Below, piece after piece: positions 47,336-58,797 of a DNA stretch of 64,000 nt. The stretch is from an uncultured Chloroflexia bacterium (GTDB lineage Bacteria > Chloroflexota > Limnocylindria > Limnocylindrales > CSP1-4). The stretch lies in the NCBI GenBank assembly GCA_963774695.1, contig CAVZFY010000003.1, forward strand, positions 107,043 to 171,042, written 5' to 3'. The number at the start of each line of letters is the position of its first letter. The first letter of the stretch is position 1. Both the position numbers and the translations under genes were made by a program. Under the pieces are notes generated by a model that was not told where the DNA came from, did not search any database, and saw only the letters and a list, made by a program, of their open reading frames with translations.

Positions 47336-48778
47336 CTAGAAGTTGATCGACCGTCCGTCGACCGCCATCGCGGTCTCGCCGAGGATCTCCGAGAACGTCG
47401 GGTGCGCGTGGGTCGAGGCGCCGATCTCCCACGGCGTCGCGTCGAGGTAGAGGGCCAGCGACGCCTCGGCGATGAGGTCGGTCGCGTGCGGGCCGATGAT
47501 GTGGATGCCGAGCGTGTCCTCGGTCTCCTTGTTGCCGATGACCTTGGCGAAGCCCTCGTACTCGCCGCCGATGATCGCCTTGGCGATCGCCTGGAACGGG
47601 ACCTTGGCGACCTTGATCGGCAGGCCCCGCTCCTCGCACTGCTGCTCGGTGAGGCCGACCGACGCGATCTCGGGCCGGCAGTACGTGGCCCGCGGCTGCA
47701 TCACGTAGTCCATCGGGTGGACGTCGGGGTCGCCGGCGATCGTGTGGGCCGCGGTGATCCCCTCGTGCGCCGCCGTGTGCGCGAGCATCAGGCCGCCGAC
47801 GATGTCGCCGATCGCGTACAGGTGCGGCTCCTTCGTGCGCATGTGGCCGTCGACCTTGACGATGCCGCGGTCGACCTCGGCGCTCGTCGTGTCCAGGCCG
47901 ACGTCCTCGACGTTCGTGGCGCGGCCCGCGGCGACGAGCAGGATCTCGGCCTCGATCTCGCTCGCGTCCTTGCCCTCGGGGCCCACCGTCAGCTTCACGC
48001 AGTCGGCCTCGACCTTGACGGACTTCGCGTCGAAGCGGGCGTTGGTGATGACCTTGATCCCGCGCCGGCTGAAGCTCCGCTCGAGCTCCTTGCTCACGTC
48101 GCGGTCCTCGAGCGGCACGATCGCCGGCAGGTACTCGAGCACGGTCACGGTCGAGCCGAGGTCGTGGTACATCGACGCGAACTCGACGCCGACGGCGCCC
48201 GCGCCGATCACGATGACGCTGGCGGGCAGCGTGTCCATCTTCAGGACGTCGTCCGAGGTCACGATCCGCTTGCCGTCGGGCTCGATGCCGGGGAGCGACT
48301 TCACCCGCGATCCGGTCGCGAGGATGATGTCGGTCGCGTTGAGCACGCGCTCGCCGCCGGCGCCCGGCGTGCCGTCGTCGCCCGCCATCTGGACCCGCAC
48401 CTTGTGCGCGCCGTCGAGCTTGCCGCGGCCCTGGATCCACGTCACGTCGTACTTCTTGACGAGCGTCTGGACGCCCTTCCACATGCGCGTGACGACCTGG
48501 TCGCGGCGCTTCGCCATCTGGGCGTAGTCGATGGTGGCCTCGCCCGGCAGGTTGATCCCGAAGTCGGCGGCGTGGCGGATGCGCTCGGCGAAGGCGGCCG
48601 ACTCGAGCAGGGCCTTGGTCGGGATGCAGCCACGGTGGAGGCACGTGCCGCCGAGCTTGTCCTCGTCGACGAGGGCCACCTTGAGCCCGAGCTGCGATGC
48701 GCGGAAGGCGGCGGCATAGCCACCGGTGCCGGCGCCGAGGACGACGAGGTCGAAGTCGTTGGAAGAGCCGACGGCCAT
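47336..48778 (-). CDS. lpd: dihydrolipoyl dehydrogenase (E3)
   Basis: ORF 47336-48778(-), intact, 480 aa. FAD motif GAGTGGY, redox disulfide GGTCLHRGCIPTK, C-terminal HAHPTFSE. Confidence 0.93.
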   Translation of the reverse strand: MAVGSSNDFDLVVLGAGTGGYAAAFRASQLGLKVALVDEDKLGGTCLHRGCIPTKALLESAAFAERIRHAADFGINLPGEATIDYAQMAKRRDQVVTRMWKGVQTLVKKYDVTWIQGRGKLDGAHKVRVQMAGDDGTPGAGGERVLNATDIILATGSRVKSLPGIEPDGKRIVTSDDVLKMDTLPASVIVIGAGAVGVEFASMYHDLGSTVTVLEYLPAIVPLEDRDVSKELERSFSRRGIKVITNARFDAKSVKVEADCVKLTVGPEGKDASEIEAEILLVAAGRATNVEDVGLDTTSAEVDRGIVKVDGHMRTKEPHLYAIGDIVGGLMLAHTAAHEGITAAHTIAGDPDVHPMDYVMQPRATYCRPEIASVGLTEQQCEERGLPIKVAKVPFQAIAKAIIGGEYEGFAKVIGNKETEDTLGIHIIGPHATDLIAEASLALYLDATPWEIGASTHAHPTFSEILGETAMAVDGRSINF

Positions 48779-48918
48779 CGGTCAGGGAGTCTCCGCTGGG
48801 GTCACGCGCGGGCCGGCGTGGGAGGTTCGGGGCATCGGGTCGATCGTACACCGGGCCCGATCGGCGGCGGGCGACGGCGGTCGGGCGCGCCGGCACCGGC
48901 ACCGGCCAGCGCCCGGCG

Positions 48919-49106
48919 TAGCACTCCCACTGCTATCCGGCAGCAAAGACCCGCGCTCGAGACGTCGCGAGCCCTCTCTGGCGACGCTCCCAGCACTCCC
49001 GGTGCTATTTGCGCTGTTGGCGAGGTTGCCCGGGCGCGGATCGCGGCGTCTGAGCACTCAGGGTGCTACGCGAGCGAACGGTGTTGCCCGTGCAGGCGCG
49101 GTGCTA
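48919..49106. promoter_or_regulatory. array of three 17-bp palindromes (nAGCAC-N5-GTGCTA) plus a fourth degenerate half-site
   Basis: Read directly: 48919-48935 TAGCACTCCCACTGCTA, 48991-49007 CAGCACTCCCGGTGCTA, 49052-49068 GAGCACTCAGGGTGCTA, 49091-49106 TGCAGGCGCGGTGCTA. The array lies between the divergent lpd and plsY genes. Confidence 0.45.
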
Positions 49107-49158
49107 GATTCCGGCGAGAAGCTGCCGGCGTCGACCGGCGTCCCGGAGGTGCCGCGGC

Positions 49159-49797
49159 GTGAGCGCGGAGCAGATCCTCGTCGCCATCGTGCTTGCCGGG
49201 TTGTCGTACGTCGCGGGCTCGATCCCCTTCGGCATCGTCGTCGCCCGCCTGACCAACGCCCCCGACCCGCGGACCCTCGGCAGCGGCCGGACCGGCGGCA
49301 CGAATGCGCTCCGCGCGATGGGCCGCAAGCGGGCGCTGGTCGTCGTGACCGGCGACGTCCTCAAGGGCGTCATCCCCGTCCTCGTCGCTCGCTACGTGAC
49401 CGGGAACGCGGCGGTCGAGGTCCTGTGCGCGATCGCCGCGATCCTCGGCTCCACCCGCTCGATGTTCGTGGGCTTCAAGGGCGGCCGGGGCGTGGCCACG
49501 AGCGTCGGCACGATGCTGGTCATCTTCCCGCCCGCGATCCTGGTCGGGGCGCCCGTGTTCATCGGCGTGATCCTGATCACGCGCTACGTGTCGCTCGGCT
49601 CGCTGCTCGCGATCACGGCCGGCGCGATCCTCGTCGGCATCTGGTGGCTGGCCGCGAACGGCACCGTCCCGTTCGCCTACCCCGTGTACGCGACGCTCGG
49701 CACGATCCTCGTCTGGCTCGCGCACGCCGACAACGTGGACCGCCTGATCCACGGCACGGAGCGCCGCTTCGACCTGGGGCTGCTCAGCCGCGACTGA
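49159..49797 (+). CDS. plsY: glycerol-3-phosphate acyltransferase PlsY
   Basis: ORF 49159-49797, intact. Motifs GSIPFG, GSGRTGGTNALR, FKGGRGVAT. GGAGG RBS upstream. Confidence 0.9.
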   Translation: MSAEQILVAIVLAGLSYVAGSIPFGIVVARLTNAPDPRTLGSGRTGGTNALRAMGRKRALVVVTGDVLKGVIPVLVARYVTGNAAVEVLCAIAAILGSTRSMFVGFKGGRGVATSVGTMLVIFPPAILVGAPVFIGVILITRYVSLGSLLAITAGAILVGIWWLAANGTVPFAYPVYATLGTILVWLAHADNVDRLIHGTERRFDLGLLSRD

Positions 49798-49856
49798 CCC
49801 CGTTAAACGCGAAGACCGGGCCGCGTTTCCGTGGCCCGGTCCGTGCGAGGTGCTGG

Positions 49857-50267
49857 TCAGCCGCCGCGCATCGTGCGGAAGCAGTCCGAGCAATAGACCG
49901 GCTTGCCATTGGTAGGCCGGAACGGGACGCGGGCTTCCTTGCCGCAGCTGGAGCAGGTCGCCGTGAACATCTCACGAGGCCCGCTGCTGCGGTTGCCGTA
50001 GCCACCGCCACCGCCATAGCCACCGGCGGAATAGCCGCCGCCACCGCCGTACCCGGAGTCATAACCGCCGCCGCCGCCGCTCGAATACGAGCTGCTGCCG
50101 CCGCCGTACCCGCTGTCGCCACCCGAGCGCGCTGCCTTGCGGCTGGCGCGGCACGAGGGGCAGCGTCGGGGCTCCGAGAATCCCTTCTCGGCGTAGAAGG
50201 CCTGTTCGCGCTCCGTGAATGCGAACTCCATTCCGCAGTCGGAACAGGTCAGGGTCTTGTCGGCCAC
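49857..50267 (-). CDS. double zinc-ribbon protein with Gly/Ser/Tyr-rich low-complexity linker
   Basis: ORF 49857-50402(-) from the GTG at 50267 (GGAGGAG RBS upstream). N-terminal CSDCG...RCPSC and C-terminal CSSCG...YCSDC flank a ~60 aa G/S/Y tract. Confidence 0.65.
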   Translation of the reverse strand: MADKTLTCSDCGMEFAFTEREQAFYAEKGFSEPRRCPSCRASRKAARSGGDSGYGGGSSSYSSGGGGGYDSGYGGGGGYSAGGYGGGGGYGNRSSGPREMFTATCSSCGKEARVPFRPTNGKPVYCSDCFRTMRGG

Positions 50268-50407
50268 TTGCCGATCTCCTCCGTTAGTCGCCGCCTCTTG
50301 CCCGGGTCCTCGAGTGTCTGATGCCGGAGGAGACCAAGTGTCGAACGTGCGAACGAGTCTGTGCAGGCGCGGCGTTCCGCGCCACGCGCAGTCTAGGAGC
50401 AATCATC

Positions 50408-50445
50408 GAGCGTGGCGATACCCTATTTTTCGATGCGCCACGCTC
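50408..50445 (-). terminator. 10-bp stem hairpin downstream of glpK (GAGCGTGGCG-N18-CGCCACGCTC), no clear U tract
   Basis: Read directly. The hairpin starts 13 nt after the glpK stop on the minus strand. The loop is unusually AT-rich for this sequence. Confidence 0.35.
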
Positions 50446-50457
50446 AGGACGATCGGC

Positions 50458-51963
<1,506 letters not shown>

Positions 51964-51967
<4 letters not shown>

Positions 51968-53614
51968 GCCGGAACGTCGAACTGGCGGTGGGCGGCGTCG
52001 AGGTAGGCCGACACCTCCGCCGCCTGGCGCGCCGCGTCCCAGCCGAGGATCGGGGCCAGGAGCGCGGCCACGCACGGGGCGATCGAGGCGCCACGGTCGC
52101 GGAGCTCGGGGGCGAGGCGGATCCGCCGGACGAGGACGTCCTCGAGCGACAGGGCGAGCTCGTGCTCGGCAGCCCAGGCGACCTCGGCCTCGAGGAACGG
52201 GAAGCCGTCGACCAGGCGGCGTCGGCGCCGCCCGCGAGCACGCGCTCGGCCTCCGTCCCGTGCCGGTCGACGAGCGAGGTCGCGACATCCGGCGAGGCGG
52301 CTCCCGTGGCGGCGAGCCGCGCCGCGAGCGCATCGAGGTCCGCGCGAGCGGCGGCGCCGAGGATCGGCAGCTCGGCCGTGGTGCTCGGACGACGTCGGGC
52401 CTCGGTCCCCCCGAGCACCGCGTCGACCGCGTCGCGGGCCATCAGGCGATAGGTCGTGTACTTGCCGCCGCTCACGCGGACGAGGCCCTCGCCCTCGACG
52501 CTGACGCGGTGCTCGCGCGAGACCTTGACCGTCGTGCTCGCGTCCGACGGCGCGATCAGCGGCCGCAGCCCCGCGTACGTGCCGACGACGTCGTCCCGCG
52601 TCAGCTCGATGTCCAGCGCCCCGTTCACCGTCCCGAGGAGCTCGTCGACGTCCTCGGCGCTCGCCGCCGGCCGGTCGACCGGGCCGTGGTACGGCTTGTC
52701 GGTCGTGCCGATGAGCCAGTGGCGCGGCCACGGCACCAGGAACGCGACGCGGCCCGGGATCCGCAGCGTCATGCCGCCACGAGCCGGGATGCGCTCGCGC
52801 GGCACGACGAGGTGGCTGCCCAGCGATGGCAGGACGCTGAACGATCCGGCGCCGAACGGCCGGTCGGGCATCGACCCCCAGACGCCCGTCGCATCGAGCA
52901 CCGCGGAGGCACGCGCGTCGACGGTCGCACCGGACACCAGGTCCTGGAGCACGGCGCCCGCGACCCGGTCGCCATCGCGGATCGCGCGCCGTCGCCCGCA
53001 CCCGGGTCACCGCGATCGCCGCCCCGGCCGCGTGCTCGACGGCGGTCCGGGCGACCGCGAGCGGCGAACCGCGCGTCGTCCTCCATCCCGTCGTGGTAGA
53101 CGAGGCCGCCGCGCAGGCCCTTCCGCCGCAGGTTCGGCGCGTACTCGAGGGTCGACGCCGTCGAGAGCTGCCGATGCCGTCCGCCGGACTTCGCCGACCC
53201 GAGCACGTCGTACATCGTCATGCCGGTGCCGTAGAAGGCCCGCGTGACGATCGGCAGCCCGTAGAGCGGGAACAGGAACTCCTCGAGCCGGACGAGGTGG
53301 GGCGCCAGCCGCAGGAGCCGCGCCCGCTCGTCGAGCGCCTCGCGCACCAGCCCGACGTGGAATTGCTGCAGGTAGCGGAGGCCGCCGTGGATCAGGCGGC
53401 TGGACCGCGACGAGGTCCCCGATGCGATGTCGTCCTGCTCGACGAGCGCGACCCGCAGCCCGCGCGACGCCGCGTCGAGCAACGCCCCGACGCCGACGAT
53501 GCCGCCGCCGACGATGAGCAGGTCCCACGGCTCGTCCGCGAGCCGCCGGAGGTCGGCCGCCCGCCGGTCGAGCGGCGGCACCACCGGAGGACCGACGGGC
53601 ACGTCCGAGGCCAC
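51964..53614 (-). CDS. glpD: FAD-dependent glycerol-3-phosphate dehydrogenase (several frame breaks)
   Basis: Stitched from ORFs 52769-53614(-) ([35 protein letters not shown]), 51345-52952(-) and 51964-53010(-). The stop overlaps the glpK start (TCAT). Confidence 0.85.
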
Positions 53615-53625
53615 GGAGCTGTCGG

Positions 53626-53832
53626 TCAGGCCTTGGGCGCGCGCAGGATGCGCCAGAGCACGAACGCCGTGCCGCCGACGAGGACCGCGATCAGGAGCGG
53701 CGTGTGGAAGACCACCGCCTGCCCTTCGCGCGGCAGCACCGCGGTGATCCCCGCCGCGAGCAGGACGACGGCGACCGCGACGGCCGCCACCAGCAGCACG
53801 TCCCGGATCCCGGGCTGGCGAACGTCAGGCAC
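53626..53832 (-). CDS. possible small two-TM membrane protein
   Basis: ORF 53626-53832(-), 68 aa with two hydrophobic segments, sitting between the YjeF_N gene and glpD. It could be spurious. Confidence 0.4.
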   Translation of the reverse strand: MPDVRQPGIRDVLLVAAVAVAVVLLAAGITAVLPREGQAVVFHTPLLIAVLVGGTAFVLWRILRAPKA

Positions 53833-54664
53833 GATCCACCTCAGTGCTGATCCCGATCGGGGCGACGAGCACGCGGCCCGCGAGCGCCCGTCCCATCTTC
53901 GTCCGCAGCCCGCTCTTGGGCCGATGGAAGGTCACCGTGAGGTCGGCCCGGACGACGGGATCGGACGGGTCGCCCGAGGTCAGGTCGACGGCGGTGGGCG
54001 TGTCGACGGCCAGCACGGGCACGCCGGCCGCACGGGCCCGACCGATCACCTCGACGGCGGCCCGGATCGGGTCGCGCAGCTGGCCGCGGACGCCGGTGCC
54101 CAGCAGGGCGTCGACGACGACCCCGGCCTTCTCGATCCCCTGGCCGAGGATGGCCACGTCGCGCGCGACCGGGGCGTGCACCTGCGTCACGCCCTCGATG
54201 CCGTCCAGGCGCTTCCAGTTGAGGGCCGCGTCGTGCGTCCCGGGCCGCTCCTCGGCGGCGACGAGCACGACGATCGACGCGAGGCCCCACGCGGCCAGGC
54301 GCCGCGCGGCGACGAACCCGTCCCCGCCGTTGTTGCCGGGTCCCGCGAGGATCAGCACCGGGCGGTCCTCGCGCCCGTTGCGCAGCGCCAGGGCGTGCGC
54401 GGCCGCCGCGACCGCCGTCCCGGCGTGCTCCATGAGGGTCGCGCCGGCGACGCCCGAGGCCTGGGCCTTGCGGTCGAGGCCGGTCATCGTCTCGGCGGAG
54501 ATGGCGCCGCGGGCGGCGGCGTCGGCCCAGCGGAGCTCGAGCTCGTCGAGCGTGAGGGACTGGAGGTCGGGGTCGTCCGCCGGGAGCGGAACCGTCTCGG
54601 TGGGCACGACGCAGAGGGTACCGCGCGCGACCTGCCCGGGCGCCGAAATGAAGGGTCGGCCCAC
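53825..54664 (-). CDS. NAD(P)H-hydrate epimerase (YjeF N-terminal domain family)
   Basis: ORF 53825-54664(-). Hallmark ILAGPGNNGGDGFVAARRL. The real start may be internal (for example the Met near 54490). Confidence 0.75.
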   Translation of the reverse strand: MGRPFISAPGQVARGTLCVVPTETVPLPADDPDLQSLTLDELELRWADAAARGAISAETMTGLDRKAQASGVAGATLMEHAGTAVAAAAHALALRNGREDRPVLILAGPGNNGGDGFVAARRLAAWGLASIVVLVAAEERPGTHDAALNWKRLDGIEGVTQVHAPVARDVAILGQGIEKAGVVVDALLGTGVRGQLRDPIRAAVEVIGRARAAGVPVLAVDTPTAVDLTSGDPSDPVVRADLTVTFHRPKSGLRTKMGRALAGRVLVAPIGISTEVDRA

Positions 54665-54721
54665 CCTCGGCTATCGAACATCGCAGATGCCGGCCCATCG
54701 CGGCGACGGCACCCTGTGGCG

Positions 54722-57700
54722 ATGGTCGAACTCCTGGTCCCCGATCCCGATAATGCGGACGTGGATGCCCGCGTCTCCAGCCCGATCTTCATCGGCCGGT
54801 CCGACGAGCTCGCCCGCCTGCGGGCCGCGATCGATGCCGCCGGACAGGGCCGGAGCAGCAAGTTCGTCCTGTCCGGCGAGGCCGGCGTCGGCAAGACGCG
54901 CCTGACCTCGGAGCTGGCCGATGTCGCCCGCCGCGAGGGCGCGCTCGTCCTGTCGGGCGGATGCGTGGACGTCGGCGACGGCGGGATCGCGTTCGGGCCG
55001 ATCGTCGAGGCGCTGCGGACCTGGGCACGCGGCATGCCGGCGGACGACCTCGAGCGGATCGCCGGCGCCGGGCGAGCCAGCCTCGCCCGCCTGATCCCTG
55101 ACCTGCTGTCGGGCGACGGCCAGGGCAGGTCCGAGGCGGAGGCCGCCGTCGCATCGGCCGCCGCTGCGCTCGACGTGGGCTCGGCCCAGGGGACGCTGTT
55201 CGAGCACATCCTCGCGCTGCTGGAGCGGCTCGCCGAACGGTCGCCGGTCCTCCTCGTCGTCGAGGACCTGCACTGGTCCGACCGGTCGACCCGCGACCTG
55301 CTCGCGTTCCTCGTCCGGAACCTGCGTGACACCGGCGTCGTGCTCCTCATGACCTACCGGTCGGACGAGCTGCACCGCCGCCACCCGCTGCTGCCGTTCC
55401 TCGCCGAGCTCGACCGCTCCGGCCGGGTCGAGCGGCTGGACCTGCATCGCTTCGACGGAGCCGAGCTCACCGCCCAGCTCCGGGCGATCAACGGACGCGA
55501 GGTCGAGCCGGGCCTCGTCGAGTCGATCCACGCGCGGTCACACGGGAACCCGTTCTTCGCCGAGGAGCTCCTGTGCTCGGCGCGGGACACCGGCACGGCC
55601 GAGCTCCCGCCGACGCTCCGCGACGTCCTGCTCGCCCGCGTCGCGCGCCTGACGGACGCGACCCAGGAGGTCCTGCGCGTGGCCTCCGCCGCGGGCCAGC
55701 ACGTCGACCCGGACCTGCTCGTGGACGCGGCGGGCATCGACGCCCAGGCCCTGTACGCCGCGCTGCGCGAAGCCGTCGGCCAGCACGTCCTGGTGCCCGA
55801 GGCCGGTGCCGGCGACGAGCACTACGCGTTCCGCCACGCGCTGCTCCAGGAGGCGATCTACGACGACCTGCTCCCGGGCGAGCGGACGCGCCTGCACGCC
55901 GCCTTCGCGCGCAGCCTCGAGCAGGCACGGGCCAACGGCGACGACACGCGCCTGGCCGAGCTCGCGTGGCACTGGTACGCGGCCCACGACCTGCCGCGCG
56001 CCTTCGACGCGTCCCTCGCAGCGGCCGGCGCGGCCGAGGCGCGGTACGCCTTCCCCGAGGCGCTCGCGCACTACGAGCGCGCGCTCGAGCTCTGGGACCA
56101 GGTCCCCGAGGCCGAGACGCGTGCGGGCCGCGACCGCGTGGACCTCCACGCCGCCGCCGCGGGCGTCGCGCGCTTCACCGACCCGACCCGGGCGGTGCAC
56201 AACGCGAAGGCGGCGCTCGCGCTCGTCGACGCCGACGCCGAGCCGATCCGGGCGGGCCTGCTCTACGAGCGCCTCGGCCGCTACGCGTGGATCGCCGGGC
56301 TCGGCGCCCAGTCGATCGAGGCGCATCGCACGGCCGTGCGCCTCATCCCCGCCGATCCGCCCACGCCGGCGCGCGCCCGGGTGCTCGCCGGTCTCGCCGC
56401 GATCCTCATGCTCCAGCGGGGCTACCTGGAGTCGCGGGTCGTCGCGGATGAGGCGATCGCCATGGCACGGTCCACGGGCACGCGCCAGATCGAGGGCCAC
56501 GCGCTCAACACGCGGGCCGAGGACCGCGTGCACGAGGGCGAGGTCGACGAGGCGCTCGAGGACATGGCGGAGGCCATGCGCATCGCGCGAGAGACCGCGA
56601 ACCTGGACGACATCGGCCGCGCCTACGCCAACGTCATCGACGTGCTCGAGGTGTCCGGGCGCCTCGAGGAGGCGGTGGCCGCCGCATTCGAGGGCCTCGA
56701 GGACACGCGCCGGCTCGGGCTGCTCACGTTCTTCGGCACCCATCTGCTGTGCAACGCCGGCAGCCTCCTGTACCGGCTCGGGCGCTGGGACGACGCCGAC
56801 GCGGCGATCGTGCGGGCGGACGAGATCGGGGCGTCGGGCGTGAACGAGATCCTCGTCCGTGAGATGCGGGCGAGGCTCGCGCTGGCCCGCGGCCAGTTCG
56901 AGGTGGCGGCGGAGGAGCTGCGGACGGCGCGGCCGATGGCCGAGCGGGCGGCCGATGGGCAGGTCATCGGGCCCGTCCACGCGAGCCTCGCGGAGCTGGC
57001 GCTGTGGCAGCACCGGCCCGCCGAGGCGGCCGAGGTCATCGAGACCGGGATCGTCGGGCTCGCGCACAGCAGCGACATCCGGTACGCCGAGGTGTGGACG
57101 CTCGGGATCCGGGCGTACGCCGATCTCGCAGACCTCGCCCGCGCGCGCCGTTCGACGTCCGACGCCGAGGTGGCGATCGCGGCCGGCAACACCATTCGCG
57201 ACGGCCTGCGGCGACGGCACGGTGAGCGCGTTCCGCCGGCGATCGCGGACCAGGCCGAGCTCTGGACGCTCCTCGCGGACGCCGAGGCGCGGCGGCTCGA
57301 GGGCGTCGCCGGACCCCGACGCCTGGGCAACGGCGGCGCAGGCGTGGGCCGACGCCGGCCGGCCGTATCCGGCGGCGTACGCGCGATGGCGCGAGGCGGA
57401 GGCGGCCATGGCCCTCGACGGCGACCGGCGTCGCGCGTCGGCGGCGATCGCGACGACGCTCGAGACGGCGTCCGCACTGGGCGCCCTGCCGCTCGAGCGG
57501 GAGGCCGCGGCGCTCGTGGCGCGGGCGCGGTTGACCGTCGCCGACGGCGCCCGACATCGCGCCGGGCGAGCCCGGACCCGCCGTGGTGGACGAAGCGGCG
57601 CGGTTCGGGCTCACCGCGCGCGAGCGCGACGTCCTCGCGCTGGTCGCCCTCGGGCGCACGAACCGCCAGATCGGCGAGGCGCTGTTCATCACCGAGAACA

Positions 57701-57834
57701 CCGCCGGCGTCCACGTGTCGAACATCCTGTCCAAGTTCGGCGTGTCCGGGCGCGGCGAGGCGGCCGCGATGGCCTACCACCTCGGACTGGTCGATCCCGC
57801 CGCCGTCCCGATGACCGAGGACGCCCTCGACTGA
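54722..57834 (+). CDS. LAL-type large ATP-binding LuxR-family regulator (AAA/NTPase, TPR-like repeats, LuxR HTH) (2 frame breaks)
   Basis: Stitched from ORF 53093-57814 (from the ATG at 54722), ORF 56859-58880 and ORF 57583-57834. Walker A GEAGVGKT, Walker B LLVVEDLHWSD. C-terminal HTH LTARERDVLALVALGRTNRQIGEALFITENTAGVHVSNILSKFGV. Confidence 0.85.
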
Positions 57835-57838
57835 GGCG

Positions 57839-58754
57839 TCAGGCGTCGATCGGGAGCCTCGCCTCGGGGCCTTCTGCCGTGTCGCGGGCCTCGAGGAGCC
57901 CCTCCGACGCGAGCGCCGCGACGGCTTCCCGGACGGCGTGGCGGTCGTGGTCGCCGATCGGGGCGACGAACGGCACCCAGGCGCCGTCGCTCGCGTCGCG
58001 GGCCCGGGCCACGATGCGCCCGCGCAGCCAGCGCGTGGTCGCCGGGAACGCGGTCGACTTCGTCGTCCCCTTCGCGGCGACGGTGACCTCGGCGCGCTCG
58101 CCGGCGGCGTATCGGCACCACGCCACGGCCGGGCACTGCCGCACATCGCGGCGAGCGGGCACGACACGGCCCCGCACCGACGTCCATCAGCGCGTGGGTC
58201 CAGTCCCCTGCCCGGTCCGCCGGCACCACGGCGTCGGCGAGGGCCTGGATCTCGCTGGACGTGAACGCCTCCGCGCCGCCCGCGGCCACGCGCCCGAGGA
58301 CGCGCCGGACGTTGGTGTCGACCGCCCCGACCCGCTGCCCGAACGCGATCGCCGCCACGGCCCTCGCGGTGTACGGCCCGACCCCGGGCAGCGTCATGAG
58401 CCCCTCGACCGTGTCTGGAACGCGGCCGCCGTGCTCGGTCATGACCGCCTTGGCCGCGCGATGGAGGTTGATCGCGCGCCGGTTGTAGCCGAGGCCGGCC
58501 CACGCGCGGACCACGTCGGCGACCGGTGCGTCCGCGAGCGCCGCGACCGTCGGAAAGCGGTGCATCCAGCGTGTCCACGCCTCGGCCGCGCGCTCCGCCT
58601 GCGTCTGCTGTGCCATGAGCTCCGAGACGAGCACGGCGTAGGGGTCGCGCGTGGCGCGGAAGGCGAGTCCGCGGCCGTTCTCGTCGTACCACGCCAGGAC
58701 CGCGTCACGCAGCGCGGGCGGGACCAGCGCGTCGGGGTCGAGCGATGCTGCCAC
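57839..58754 (-). CDS. mutY: HhH-GPD adenine glycosylase (MutY-like) with 4Fe-4S loop (1 frameshift)
   Basis: Stitched from ORF 57774-58841(-) (from the GTG at 58754: ...PYAVLVSELMAQQTQ, LPGVGPYTARAV, DTNVRRVL) and ORF 57839-58177(-). The corrected sequence gives C-x6-C-x2-C-x5-C (CRARSPRCAACPAVAWC). Confidence 0.72.
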
Positions 58755-58797
58755 GACCCTACGATACGGGCGAGGGCGCCCGGCGTTCGCCGGAGCG

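Noticed and set aside
46216-48778. Assigning the E1/E2/E3 set specifically to pyruvate versus branched-chain 2-oxoacid dehydrogenase, and giving bkd/pdh gene symbols.
   Set aside because: The sequence motifs I can read are shared by both complexes. The acyl-CoA dehydrogenase context hints at branched-chain catabolism, but that is not enough for a symbol.
48726-50321. 531-aa ORF spanning the lpd-plsY intergenic region, plsY and the zinc-ribbon gene.
   Set aside because: Its composition is Arg/Ala/Pro junk. It overlaps the well-supported plsY in another frame and runs antisense to the zinc-ribbon gene.
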